NCBI GenBank assembly: GCA_028534125.1
Contig: CM052816.1
Coordinates: 40,798,001 to 40,862,000, forward strand
Source: Lama glama
Lineage: Eukaryota
Reading direction: 5' to 3'
DNA: 64,000 nt
This document shows, piece by piece, positions 51,803 through 64,000 of this stretch; within the stretch, counting starts at the first letter, position 1, and every line of letters begins with the position of its first letter. The notes beneath the pieces were generated by a model. That model saw nothing but the letters and a program-made list of their open reading frames with translations. It had not been told where the DNA came from and did not search any database. A program made the position numbers and the translations under genes.

Positions 51803-52659
51803 ATGTGCCTTTTGCTTTTTCTGAGTTACAAGATCACATGTGTCACTTGTAGCCAATATTCTCTTGATAGAGGTTTTGCAGATGATTTAGAGACCTTCTG
51901 GGCCATCTAAAGTAGTGACACCCCCTCCCCCCCAAAAAAGTTCACGTTCTCTAATGTGGGGTTTTAAGGAGAGAAAGAGGTAAACTATTTTTATAAATAT
52001 AACTACTTTGCACAGCAATTTATTAGAAGGAATGTCACTTAGAACAATACGTTTGGTTAAAAAAACTATATCTATTTATAACAGGACTTGACATACTTTC
52101 CAACGAAGTCTTTGATATTTTGAATATTTTTATTCCGTATAGTCTATCAGGACTCATTGTCTATATGGTGCAACCCATAATAAAATATCTGTTCTAATGT
52201 GAAGAGCATCTTTATATAGTTTGTCTGTCTCTGCTACTGATATGCTGTAGTCTTTACAGACCAGAGAGCCCAGGAAGCAACAGAAGGTGAAAGAAGAGAT
52301 TTTAATACTACAGTTGTTCACACAGGTGGGTGAGTAACTGGGAAGAGAGAGAAGGTGACACTGAAGGCAAGTAAGTGGCAATTAAAAATCTGCCATCTGC
52401 TAGAAAGGACTGGGGCTCATGCTTAGGGTTCTAACCTTCAAGTAACTGGGAGAGAATTTCCATCAATAAGAATGAGTTTTATTTCTTTTCTTTTTTTTAA
52501 TTTTTTTTTTTTTACCTTATCCACTATACTCCACAGTCAATCTCCTTAGGAAGAAAGAGAGAGAAAGACTGAGAGGAAGAGATCTGAGACATTGATACAC
52601 ATATTCTTAGGAAATAGGACTACCCCTGGTCAGAGGGGGGCAGAGAAACTTGACTGGCA

Positions 52660-53160
52660 GTCATTCAGACAGTCCACAAATGTTTAAAGATTGCCTGCTC
52701 TGTATGGAGCACTCTTCAAATATTTGGATAAAAACTTGAAGAAAATATGGGGTTATGATTCATAAATATATCTAGGTGACTTTTTTAGGCAGAAGAAACA
52801 AACTGCTAATGCTCCGTGTGACTGGAGTGGAGTGAAAGGGGGCGGTGCCATAAAAAGCAGGGGCCTGACCAGGGAAGTCTCAGCAGGAACTTTGATTTTT
52901 ATTATGAGTAAGATGGGAAAAGAATGGAGAACTTTGAAGAGGAGTAATATGGTTTAGTTCACTTTTTAATAAAATCATGTTGGCTGCTGCGCTGAGAACA
53001 GACTGTAGAGAGCTAAACGGAGGAAGCCCAGAGACCAATTCGGAGGCTCTTGAAATGATTTTGGTAAGAGGCAGTGATAGCTGTGGAGATAAGGAGATCA
53101 GTTCTGGATATAACCTGAGCATTAGGCCAACAGGATTTGCTGATGGATTGGATATAAGGG
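52660..53160 (-). mobile_element. L2a LINE remnant
   Basis: ttggctgctgcgctgagaacagactgtag...gagaccaattcggaggctcttg...caacaggatttgctgatggattggat, classic L2 reverse strand. Confidence 0.85.
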
Positions 53161-53164
53161 ATCA

Positions 53165-53645
53165 ATACAGCAGACCAAGACTGCAAACGATGGGGAAAGG
53201 TATTTTTTCAAAAAAGCAGGGATGTTTCTACCAGAAGGAAAAAAGATGCTTAACAGGCCAATGCAACAAATATCCTTAATAGTGACCAAGAAGATATGTA
53301 AGACATAACAGAAGAAGAGAGGTGGCCAGTTATCATCACTGCAGCACAAGGTGAGCAAGAGATCGTCAGCAGGAACCCCTTCATGCTGATACCCAGAGTT
53401 TTGCACTACAACCCCCTCAGTTTCTCACACCCAAGAACTGGGTTGCCCGTAACATCTGGGATAAGACTACAAGTTTTTGCCAAGTGGTCCTTTTGGTTGG
53501 GAAAAGATGAACTAAAAGGCTAAGAATGATGTAGAATGTGCATCTTTAGCATTTAAAAGAAGATGAGAGATAATAATGACTAGGCTAGTGTCAGTTTTAT
53601 CATAGGGTCTACATACTTGGTGCTGATAACTGACTCTGGTAACAA
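53165..53645 (-). mobile_element. ERV remnant: 3' internal segment, polypurine tract and start of 3' LTR
   Basis: Minus strand reads gtgagaaactgagggggt|TGTAG at about 53428-53406, a PPT-LTR junction pattern. Confidence 0.5.
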
Positions 53646-55369
53646 AAGTTCCCAGTAGCCTCAGTGGGAAAAAAGGATCCCACTGGATATTTTTTTAAGT
53701 TGTACAACGAAGAAAGAAATAAGCATAGACACTGTTTCCATTCCAAGTGTTCTAGCCTGGAGCGACTCAAAATGTATCAATTAAGAGCTAATCACAGAGA
53801 CAAAAATAAATGCAATAAATGTGAACTGACTTTTCTAACCAAAGGACATTATTACTATGTGAATAATTTTAACACTTCCATATTTTAACACACATATATT
53901 TGAATTTTTAAAATACTTTGTGAAATAAAACAAAATAAAACTTTTCTAAGGATATGGATAAAATAATTTTAAGTGAAATACAACCGGGTGAAAGATTTTT
54001 CTTCTGGGTCGATCGTGAATGTTAACAAATTAAGGTAACATTAAGTATTTAAGTTAAATGCTACTTCAAATACTAATATCAAGAATTTCGCCTTGAGCTT
54101 AAACCCAGTAACAAGTGAAGACAATAATTGGAAAAATATGTTTTTTCTACACAAACTTTGGCAAGCAAAGCACTTCTGTATACACAGTGAGCAATCACTG
54201 TCTGTTGACTGACAATAAGCATAGTTTGACTATGCTCATTTTTTTCCTAAAACTACTTTCCATTGTGATTCTTTGTTACTAATCATACAATGCAAAAGGG
54301 TAGCTTTCATGATGGTCTTGCCTTTGTTATATTAATAATTCACTCAAATCATTTCCTGTAACAGACTCTACCCTTCATTCTCTTTAGGCATCTCTGACAT
54401 AGGCTACTTAGCTATAAGAATGCATATATGTGATGTAGTAAATGGGAAGCCAGTCCCAATTTAATCAAACTATAAAGCAACAACCATTAAGTTAAAAAAA
54501 TGCATATGTGAGACAGAGAGTCTTCAAACAGACAACTCCTTCCTCATTTCTGACATGCATGCTTCTTAACATTGAGATAATTCTATGTAAAACCAATCCA
54601 CACATACTCTAGAGCTTCAGATACGTTTCAGAACCACAGAGGTATTCATCTTATTCTTGGAGCAACAAACTAAGAAGTGACCAAATGGATCAGTCTCCTG
54701 GTGCTGAACTAGAAATCCCAGAGGCAACAATATCTTTAAAATGACCTTAAAGGACTCTTCCCATAGAAGATGTGTAATCAACAGACTTAGAATCTTTGGG
54801 TTTCCAAAGGTAAACTGTTTAAGTGGCAAATCATTTACTTTTGTTTAGAAAATGTATCTGTAAAATGGTGGATGTACAAAACAATCATATAAATCAAAGA
54901 AATATGAAGAAGTATAAGCAAACAAAACATAGTGAAATCCCAGTGTTTAGGAACTGAATATTATAAGCATACATTAATTGTTTTTTTCTTCCTGAAGTCT
55001 TTTCTTCCTAAAATTCTGTGTGTGATGCATATGTGTCCTCTGGTGTAGACCCTCCTTTTACTCCTTTGGTGAATTGTCAGCTGCTAGGTTGGTAAGATTA
55101 ACTCCAATTGTCAATGAAGCTTCAGGCATGAACAAACCAAGAGACAAAGGAGTGTTGGAGGAATAAAAAGATTCCAAAAATCCGGGTAAACAAATGACTA
55201 CAATTAGCTAGTGGACAACCACAATTCTCCTGTGTAAACATATACTTCATTGTGTGTCTGGAGTTTGTCCTCCATTTTCTTATAGAGAACAGTACCCTAA
55301 AACCTTACCATGGAATTTTCAAATATATTAATTTTTTGTAGTATTTATCTAGTACTTAATTTGAATCAT

Positions 55370-55655
55370 AAATCTCCCTCTGGTCTCACCTGCTCCTGCT
55401 TTCTTGGCTTCTGCTTGTACCCCTTTACCTGATCCTTTTATCCTTCCCTTAACTTTCTTCAAGATACAGCTCAGATTGAAACCATCTATTTTTTTTCTCT
55501 AGCCCATTAGATCTCCTTCCTTCTTAAACTGTTGCTAAATGTATCTTTAGTAAGTCTGTAAACACCTACAAGACATGTCCAATGTTTTGCCCTTTTTTAT
55601 GTCCCATGCTACACTGAGAACTGTTTGTTTAAAATGAATATTTGATGATTTAGTG
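55370..55655 (+). mobile_element. L2 3' remnant
   Basis: ttcttcaagatacagctcag...tgtttgtttaaaatgaat. Confidence 0.5.
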
Positions 55656-55699
55656 GTCAGTTTTCTAGCATTACCCAAAGTTTTGATTCAGACATATTT

Positions 55700-55985
55700 T
55701 TATAATCTAGGATGCATTATTTAAAATTCTAAATTTTGGTGATCTACTAATAGTGATAGCTAATTTTGTTTCAATTTGCATTTGTCTGAATGTGGAAGGC
55801 TGTAAGATTTTCTCCGTGTTTGTTAGCCCTCTGATTTTCTTCTCTAAATTGCTCATATCCTTTGCCACCTTCTTTTGTGCTATTTCTACTCTCCATGTTA
55901 AATCACAGGAGTTGTTTTTTTTCTTTTATTATTCTGTTGTCAGTTTTAGACACTGCAAATATTTTTTTCTCAGTTTATTTTTATA
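55700..55985 (-). mobile_element. Ancient L1 (L1ME-like) ORF2 3' fragment
   Basis: tttcaatttgcatttgtctgaat...tgtttgttagccc...aaattgctcatatcctttgcc. Confidence 0.65.
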
Positions 55986-56619
55986 CAGCTTGTATGTACT
56001 CATTCTAACCAATCCAAACAATAGAGCAATGTGAGAAGTAATTGCCTCTTCCTATTTATTCAAAAATAGGGCTATTGCTTGTTGATTGTTGAATACTCGG
56101 AATACTATACAAAGTCAGTCACAAAATATGTAACCTATGCTAAATATTTTAAAGCTATTAATGTGAATTACAAGCAGCATCACCTTTAGACACAGGCAAG
56201 AGTTTCCATGTCCTGGGTTCTGTGTTCTGCAGGACTCACTATTGCTTTCTTTCAGCTGAAGCCTTCCTGGAGCGAGAGGTCCATGTGATGAAGTTAAATG
56301 CTGGACTTGAGCCTGAGATCCCCTTCTAGATCGTCCCCAGAGCATCAGTGATCCTTGTGTTACCTGTCCAAATTGTCCCAAGCTCACTTTCTAAGGTCCA
56401 AGCAGGTCTCTTCTCTGGATAATCCTGAAGACAGGCTATGCCACAGGTAAGGGCATATCTAATTTTGAGTGGTGGCCACATAGAGAAATGTGGCTAAAAC
56501 TTGGATGTGAGCGCTTCACAGTGTAAATGGAACTGGGAGCACAGAGAAGAACGTATGAGCCTGGGTAGCGCTGCCACTGTGGAGGCTCTAGCATGATAAA
56601 TAGGAAGAGGCAATTAAGT

Positions 56620-56975
56620 ACACAATGTAAAAGATAATAATATATTGGACTTGTTAAAATTGAAGACTGCTCATCAGAAGGCCCTGTTACAAATCACAGA
56701 ATGGGAGCACTTTTGCAATACATATATCTAACAAAGGGTATTATTCAGAATATATAATGAAATCTTGTGACTAAACAAACAATGAGGAAAACAACCAATT
56801 TTTAAATTGAAAAAAGACTAGAAGAGATAATTCACAACAAAAAAATGCAGGAACGGTCAATAACCACATGAAAAGGTGCTCAAGAGTATTAGTCATAAGA
56901 GAAATATTAATAAAAATCTCCGTGAGATACCATTTCATAGCCATTCAATTGGCTAAAATTGAAAAGACTGACCAT
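56620..56975 (+). mobile_element. Ancient L1 (L1ME-like) ORF2 3' fragment
   Basis: tttgcaatacatatatctaacaaaggg...cacatgaaaaggtgctcaa...gagataccatttcata...ttggctaaaattgaaaagactgac. Confidence 0.8.
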
Positions 56976-59424
56976 TAGAAACATTAAACCTAACTACCTC
57001 TTCTCTGTTCCTACCCAGGCTGAAAATATTTCTGCTTCATCCTAACAATATTTCCCTATGGTTGGTGATCCTGTGAAAGAGCAGTTGCTCATTAAGATAT
57101 TTTAATAGTATATTATCTAAATATTTTTGACAAATGAGACTAAAAATGGGAGAGTAATGTGAACATTTGAGCTACTTATTGTACCAGTTTTGTTCCAATT
57201 TCATCTAGCTTCATCGTGAGAGGAATACCTCAGATTGAGAGCTGAGAACCAAGAAAGTACAGATCCCTGTGAGCAGGTTAAAAGGGAGGTGTAAAATCGT
57301 CACAGCAGCAGGAGGGCACTCTAAAGAAGGCAAGAATCTAGCAAATCAGTGATTTCCTGAAGAATCTCCCAGGAATCATTTCCTTTGTAAGAGTTTTCAT
57401 CCATGAAGATCAATTTATCTTGTGGAAAATAAGATATCTGCCCCTAAGCCCACACCCAGCCAGAGGCACAACATCAAACCATCTCATTCATGCTCAGGAA
57501 CAAGGGCATAGACATCTATCGTATATTTATTCAAAGTGGAGTGGACTTGAGAAATAAAAACTGCTACTTACTCTTTCTCATTCTCATTACTTCTTTCAAA
57601 TAACCCTGACCAGGCCCTAAGCTCTGGAAGGAAAGTGTGGAAAACATATTCCACTGAGTGAGAATCCCAGCTGAATTCAATAATTTGTATCACTCTTCCT
57701 CTGTTACAACCCTTACAATATTTAAAAGCATCTGCTATATAGAAACATCTCTACTGGAGTGTCCATGTGGAAAGACATCTGAAGGCTCAACAGGCATGTG
57801 TATGCATTATTAAAGCCACAACTGCAGTGCATAAAGATCTGAAGATACTAACAACGTGTAATTTATCTAAAAGCATATAAAAACAAGGTGCCCCCACTGA
57901 AGGCTGCAGGCAAAACTGCTGTCCTTGGGAATTTCCTCTGATTTAATCCAGAAAACTGTAGTATTTCCTGAAATAATGGAGTTATTTTTAAGGAACTTAG
58001 AATTTTTAAAGTGTTTTAAAAATTGGAAAAAGCATAGAATCAAAGCAAGCTTTGCATATCTCTGATACGTTATCAAGGTAACAGAGTTTGGAAAGGACAG
58101 TGGTCATCACTGATTGCAGTTAAAATTTACTTTTGCAAATTTATTAAAAAAAAAAACCATGTAACAACATCTTGGAAGTGTCCTATGTGAATGAGGAATC
58201 TTGATGAAACATTGTCAGGCTAAACCTCCTTCTACAGATAATGTTATCTTCTGATTTCCATTTGTTGAATACTTAATATGTCACTTCTTGCTTTAAGCAA
58301 AAAGATAATCTTGTAGAGGAATATACAGTTTAGGTACTTGCTTCAGGCATTTATTCATCTTCTAAAAATAAGCTAAAGAGAGCATGCAGAAATATATGTC
58401 ATGCTATGATAAGAGGAAAATATACTTAGAGCTTGGCAGATAAATTAAGGATACTTTAGATCAGGCTTTTATTTTTGGTATGACTTAACCAAAACAACAT
58501 ATGTTTAATGATGAGTAAACAACAGATTGCATTACATTTCCAAGAAACAAATTTTTTCTAAAAAACTGAAATCTTGTGTCTCCTAATCGCCAGCGATAAT
58601 TATGTTTTAGGTAAACCTCGTAAACTGTGATATTAGTATTGAATTAAAAGGTGTCTCTTATTTACTTATTCGGAAGTTATTGAAAAGAAAACATTTATCT
58701 TTTTTAGAATCAACTACGTATTTATTGGCTCTAAATAGCTCTTTTCCAAAGAAAGATTACAAGAATATCCTTTATTTTAGTGGCACTAGATGCACATTTA
58801 CATTCTGCTAACACACACCGCACACTTATAAAATGGCAAATATGAGCAAAATGATTCTATATGCCTTGTTTATTTATTCTTTTAGCCATTTTTACATCTT
58901 AAGACTGTGGTACAATAAGAGGTTTACAAATGGAGAACATGTTACCTAGCCTTTTGAATGATGAGAAAATCTTAACTAGTATAGTACACAGACTTAAGTC
59001 ATTGGTAAATGTATTCTGGGCCCTCTCTCAGGTCTCTGTTTCTCCACAGTGAGGAATTCGAGATGGCTTAACTGCTCATCAGAATGATAGACTTCTCTTT
59101 CTACAGTTAGAGTTGTCTCTAGGCAGCACACAGCTGGGACCACACTGCCGCTCTCTCACATCTGGGTGGGGCCTGTGGAATAGCCCTCTGAAGGAAATGC
59201 AATCACCAGTGAGATGTGCAGCTTCCAGGAAGAAATGTGTTGAGAAGTGGAAATTCCTTACTCCACCTCTGCTCCCCCAGTACCCGCTGCATTGAGGGGT
59301 CCAAACCCTACACAGAGCTCCAAGGTGGAAAGTCTGTGTCCTTGTATCCTCAACTGAAGTAAAGCCACTAATGAAACACAGACATGTCTGTTGATCTGTT
59401 CCCTGAGGGACATTTTTAAAAATT

Positions 59425-59716
59425 CTAAGTCAAATAGAGTCACAGACATAGCAAACAAGCCTGTTTACTGGTGGAGTCAGGTTGGGTAGAGGGATAAATT
59501 GGTTCAGGATGTGCAGATACTACCTACTATATATGAAATAGATAAACAATAAGGTCCTACTGTTCATCACAGAGAACTATATTCAATACCTTGTAGTAAT
59601 CTGTGATAAAAAAGAATATGAAAAGGAATATATATATTATATATATATGTATGTATAACTAAATTGCTATGCTGTATACAACATTGCGAACTAACTATAC
59701 TTCAACAAGAAAAAAA
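59425..59716 (+). mobile_element. LINE-1 3' UTR fragment with A tail
   Basis: cagatactacctactatatatgaaatagataaacaataaggtcctactg..., same family as the 3' UTRs at 16.2, 39.6 and 50.4 kb. Confidence 0.9.
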
Positions 59717-60019
59717 TGATGTTTTACGTGTGACAGCACCTAGAATTACTCAAACTAAGATGTGATTAGTTAACTGGACTAGATATATTCCAGCTTCTTT
59801 CTCACTCAAAAAGATATTGATTCTTAATAAAACCAATTTAATGGCTTATCTTAATGATTTTTGGTGTTCACTTATATGACTATTTTGCAGAGAAGTTTAT
59901 TTTTTAAAAAGCTTTCTACTGAGGTATACTCAAGATTCAGTAAGAGGACCCTCTTTTATTCAGAAACTACCTTTTAATCACATATCATTGAAAATTCTAC
60001 TTTTATACATAACAGATAT

Positions 60020-60210
60020 GTACATATTCTAGGGCCCCTGACAAGCACTTTATAAACGTTTTCTTACTAAATTCCTAAAGCAGTGTTATTAATAGGCACT
60101 TATTCTATGCCTTTTTTTGCTGATGAATGAACTAAAGCTCAGAGTTTAAGAGAGCCAAGGATGCACCTAGTAAGAGATAGAGCAGAGATTCAAATCCAGA
60201 TCTCTGTTAT
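60020..60210 (-). mobile_element. MIR SINE (continues after the LTR at about 60734-60765)
   Basis: gctgatgaatgaactaaagctcagag...agagcagagattcaaatccagatctctg. Confidence 0.75.
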
Positions 60211-60214
60211 TTCC

Positions 60215-60733
60215 TATATTAAATTTCCCATTGCTGCTGCAACAAACTGCTACAAATTTAGTGACTTAAAACAACAAAAAAATTATGTTACAGTTCTCTA
60301 AGGTACAAGTCCTGCATGAGTTTCACTGGGCGAAAACTGTTGTGTTGGCAGGGCCATGTGACTTTCCAAAGGCTCCAGGTGAGAGTCTATCTCCTTGCCT
60401 TTTTCAACTTTTAGAAGCTGCCCACATTCCTTGGCTCATGGCCCCCTTCCTTTGTCTTCAAAGCCAACAACACTGCATTTTGGATTTTCCCTCCATAGTC
60501 ACTCCCCCCACTATTCTGCCTTTCTCTTCCACTTGTCAGAACCCTTGTGACTGCACTGTGCTCACCTGAACAATCCAGGGTCATCTCCCTATTTTAGTGC
60601 CAGCTGATGAGACACTGTAATTCCATCTGCAATCTTAATTCCCCTTTGCCAGGTAACTGAACATATTTCTAGGTTCCTGGGACCAGGAAGTAAACATCTT
60701 TAAGAGACAGGGAGGATTATTCTGCCAACCACA
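60215..60733 (-). mobile_element. MLT1D-like MaLR solo LTR
   Basis: attgctgctgcaacaaactgctacaaatttagtgacttaaaacaaca...gaagctgcccacattccttggctcatggcccc...attattctgccaaccaca. Confidence 0.92.
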
Positions 60734-61599
60734 CTTCTCAAACCATACTCTTTACTGTAGCACAGAGTGCTTCATGACCTAGACCACATATAGGAATGTT
60801 GCCACTTATGAAATGATCCCAAAGAATTTAAGATAAGATGCTAGAAAACAGAAGAGGCATTTCTTGATTCCAAGTCATCTTCAGAGAGGTTTTCATCACT
60901 GTTTGCTTATTTCACAAACCAGATGCTTTTTTTTCTCCTCATGAGTATAAAAAAGAAAATAGGAGGGAAAGATGCTCATATAGTTATCCACAGCAGGTAA
61001 ATTGTAGTGCAATTTTCAGCATCAGTAAAGTGTTATTTCTAAAGAAAGAGTAGTCAGGGCTTCATTTTTCTCATGTTCATTTCCAGAGTATTCATCTAGC
61101 CGCTCTCCTACCAAGTAGTTCAAGCACATATAAACATAACCAGTAGGCAGAACTGTACACAGAAAAACAAAAAAGTCCATATTATAGAAAGATGTTCACA
61201 AAGGGAGTATAAGCTTTTATGAAACCGCCATGTGAGAGTAGAGGGATGGGATTTGTGAAAATATAGTGTGCCATCAAAAAAGAATCAAGATGTCTTAATA
61301 AAAGAAAATATAATTTGAGTAGCTCTGCTTTAATTTTACGTTAACTATAAATGTAAGAAGATTTTAGGTTTTAAAAAACAAATTGTCAAATGAAGCATAA
61401 TTGCATAATAGAAGACTGAGAGCTGAATATTCAGAAGTCATTCAGCCAATCTGAATTTCTAAGTATTATGTGTATGTTTATTGTACATGCCCAAAGATTG
61501 CTATATGTACATTTTAGGATTATATGGGTATGTTGAATTCAGGGAGGAGCAGTTACTATCATGCAAAATCACAAGTAAACTTGGAACAAGCTCTCTGGT

Positions 61600-61722
61600 T
61601 GTGTGGTAAAGGAGAACCTGGGATGTAAACAAACACACTTAAATGACCTTACTGTATGACCTTGAACCAGCATGTACTTGCCTGACCTCTGTTTTCTATG
61701 TATAAATGCAGAGGTTTGGACT
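61600..61722 (+). mobile_element. MIR fragment
   Basis: ctgtatgaccttgaac...cctctgttttctatgtataaatg. Confidence 0.6.
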
Positions 61723-61723
61723 T

Positions 61724-61917
61724 CAGTGGTTTTCAAACATCAGCGTGCCTCAGGATTGCCAGGAGCGCTTGCTAGAGACTGGATTGCAGGCCCCCAGCCC
61801 TGGAAGTCCTCGCTCAGCAGGTTCAGAGTAGAACTCAGAAATTCACAATTCACATTTCAAACAGGTCCTCTGACGATGCTGATGCTGCAAACCTCGGGCC
61901 ACACTTTGAGAATCATC
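61724..61917. mobile_element. MER5A (hAT-Charlie) MITE
   Basis: cagtggttttcaaac...gattgcaggccccc...gatgctgatgctgc...ccacactttgagaatca. Confidence 0.88.
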
Positions 61918-62523
61918 AAATACATTAATAGTTTTCTTAGTCATTATTAAAGGGTATCAGAACCCCTCCATGTGTCTTTCTTTCCCTTCTTTCCTCTTCT
62001 AAGTGATTCTTGTGGTCTTTTGTACTCTGATAAGAATTAGTAAGTTATGTAATCTTTTCAGCCCAGTAATTCTTTAAATCTATGTCCACTGAAATCAAGT
62101 GTAGAAAATGGGTCCAAAGAAAGAAAGAAAAAAAAAGAAAGATAAATTCCATTTGCACCAAGTTGTTACCCTGTACCTTGAACTGTGATAGATGCTAAGG
62201 AAGGCAGAAGAAATATAGAAGAATTCTAAGGATCCTGCTGTGAAAAATTTAATAATGTACGACTGAAGGCCGTAAGAAGAACAAATACAAGGCTGATGGA
62301 AAGGAATAGGAAAAAAACAGATCTTAGAGTAGTTGAGAAATCTAGTTCATTCTCTTTAAAAAAAAAAACAAAGTGTGTGACAAGCAAAGGTTATTTGCTG
62401 AACTCTGGAAGTTCCAAATTGAAACTGTAAGCCAGTTGAATAGAACATACAGAGCCTCTTAGAAACAACTTAAATTGCGCTGTACAAATGGCAAAGGTCA
62501 TCAGGATAAGAGTACTGAAAACA

Positions 62524-62526
<3 letters not shown>

Positions 62527-62600
<74 letters not shown>
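62527..62600. repeat. (AC)37 microsatellite
   Basis: Perfect AC run, 74 nt. Confidence 0.98.
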
Positions 62601-62602
<2 letters not shown>

Positions 62603-63892
62603 AGAATTGCCCCAAAGCCTCATCCTGGTTTCTAAAGATGTGGTCTCCACGGCAGCCCCGTGAGTGGTGTCTCTGCAGTGCCTGAGCCCTATAAGGCGAG
62701 TCTCTGTGGAGCCCAAGGCCTGCAGAGTCCTGGAATGTGTGACTGGTTCACAGTCTGCAAAGCGTCTAGTGTTACAAAGAGAGCCAGTGATCCCAAGCTT
62801 CCACAGCACGTGAGGGTCAAAAATACCAAAACATACTTCCAATTAATGAGTCAAGTCTGATAAAAATGACTTTATTTCTTTGGATGGCATAATGCTTGAC
62901 TTTTCTTCCTCTGCAGGCAAGAAGGAATAATGACAGTGTTTGACACAAGATGAGCTCCATGTGATCCTGCAGCTCTTACGAACCTTACAAGTTAAGACTT
63001 TCGGAGAATTCTTCTGATCGCCATGGCAGCTTCTCATTAGGGCCTTTCTGCGGTTACCAAGTAATTTCAGTAACAAAATGAAAGCAGGCCAAGGCAAATG
63101 AATTTTTTTAATTACAAGTTTGAAAATTTGATTTGGGTGGGCTCTGGAAAGAAAGGACTGTGTTGCACATAGCAGGCAGTGTGCCAGGTACTTAGGGACC
63201 ACTGCATAGTTGCTACAATTTCCCCAACACGTCTGCATCCCTACCTACAAAAATTACGAGAAAAATACAGTGCTTCTTGGATTTACAATTATCTGAATAA
63301 AACAGGGTCAAATAGCTTTAGGGAGGAAAAAGGAAATGGGTCTAGAGGAAACACATGATAGAAGTTTACAAAAATGGCCTAAATTTCTTAATTGTCTATA
63401 TTTGTCTAAGAATTATGTTATGTGTATATAATTTATGTAACACTTAACCGTGTCAAAAAATACTTGAAGAAGTTGAATGGTTAGAAATAAACCTCCAAGG
63501 GCTTGATAAAGTGAGACACACAGTCTCGTTTATTTTCTTCCACCAATCTCATAATAAAAGATTTGTGAATGGAGCACACCATGAAAGTTAACTCCTCCCG
63601 TGAAAGAGAAAGATGACTTAAGACTTAACATACCTTGCAAAATTTATAATCAGAGAGTAGGGTAATATTAATACTTAATTTCAACATCTAGCTTCTCTTG
63701 GGATTTCCTTTAAAATCTCCCTCCCTTATTTCTGGAACTTAACAAGGATCAGACCTTTGCACAGGAGAAATATACTCATTTTTTTTATTCCGGTCATCCT
63801 ATTAGTGTCTGCAAGCTACCTGTGAGTGGCATCTTTCTACACTCCTGACCTTGTTGATACTGCCCTCAGAGAAAATGCCCCTCCCCTACCAC

Positions 63893-63927
63893 AGACGCCA
63901 CCTACAGCTGTACGAGTGTGTACTGCA
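63893..63927 (-). promoter_or_regulatory. CTCF-like site with upstream TGCAGTAC module
   Basis: Minus strand tgcagtac-acactcgtaca-gctgtaggtggcgtc; core resembles CCASYAGRKGGCRS and the upstream part resembles the ZF9-11 module. Confidence 0.45.
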
Positions 63928-64000
63928 CACACCTGGGGACATCTTGGACATACTAGATTTGCACATTCACTACAGCACTTTTCTAACAGATAGAGTAAAT

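Noticed and set aside
62391..62842. ORFs with CV/TH repeats
   Set aside because: Translation of the (AC)37 microsatellite.
62843..63238. 131-aa minus ORF in unique DNA
   Set aside because: No recognisable domain or exon boundaries; compatible with chance.
1..64000. CRISPR array, operon, tRNA or rRNA genes
   Set aside because: Sequence is mammalian; no repeat-spacer periodicity, gene density or RNA-gene motifs were seen.

Overview
AT-rich, CpG-poor mammalian (eutherian) genomic DNA, intronic or intergenic, roughly half interspersed repeats. It carries ancient eutherian elements (L2, MIR, MLT1 LTRs, MER5A, MER20, Tigger-derived MITEs, old L1M/L1ME) and several younger L1 fragments with a cetartiodactyl-type 3' UTR. 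I saw no Alu, B1/B2, SINEC, ERE, Bov-A/tA, BovB, PRE1 or CHR SINEs, so a camelid source is my best guess (inference). No intact protein-coding gene, RNA gene or CRISPR array is supported; the listed ORFs are L1 remnants or chance ORFs. Most notable: (1) a perfect 37-bp inverted repeat at 29283-29375 with a template-switch-like internal signature, a candidate de novo hairpin RNA; (2) a tentative chain of + strand exon-like segments in unique DNA (about 1.0, 16.8, 17.6, 26.9 and 28.8 kb), some with single in-frame stops, possibly an unidentified decayed or poorly annotated gene; (3) a convergent L1 5'UTR/ORF2 fusion at about 13800; (4) CTCF-like motifs. Repeat family names come from recalled consensus similarity and boundaries are approximate unless termini or TSDs are quoted.
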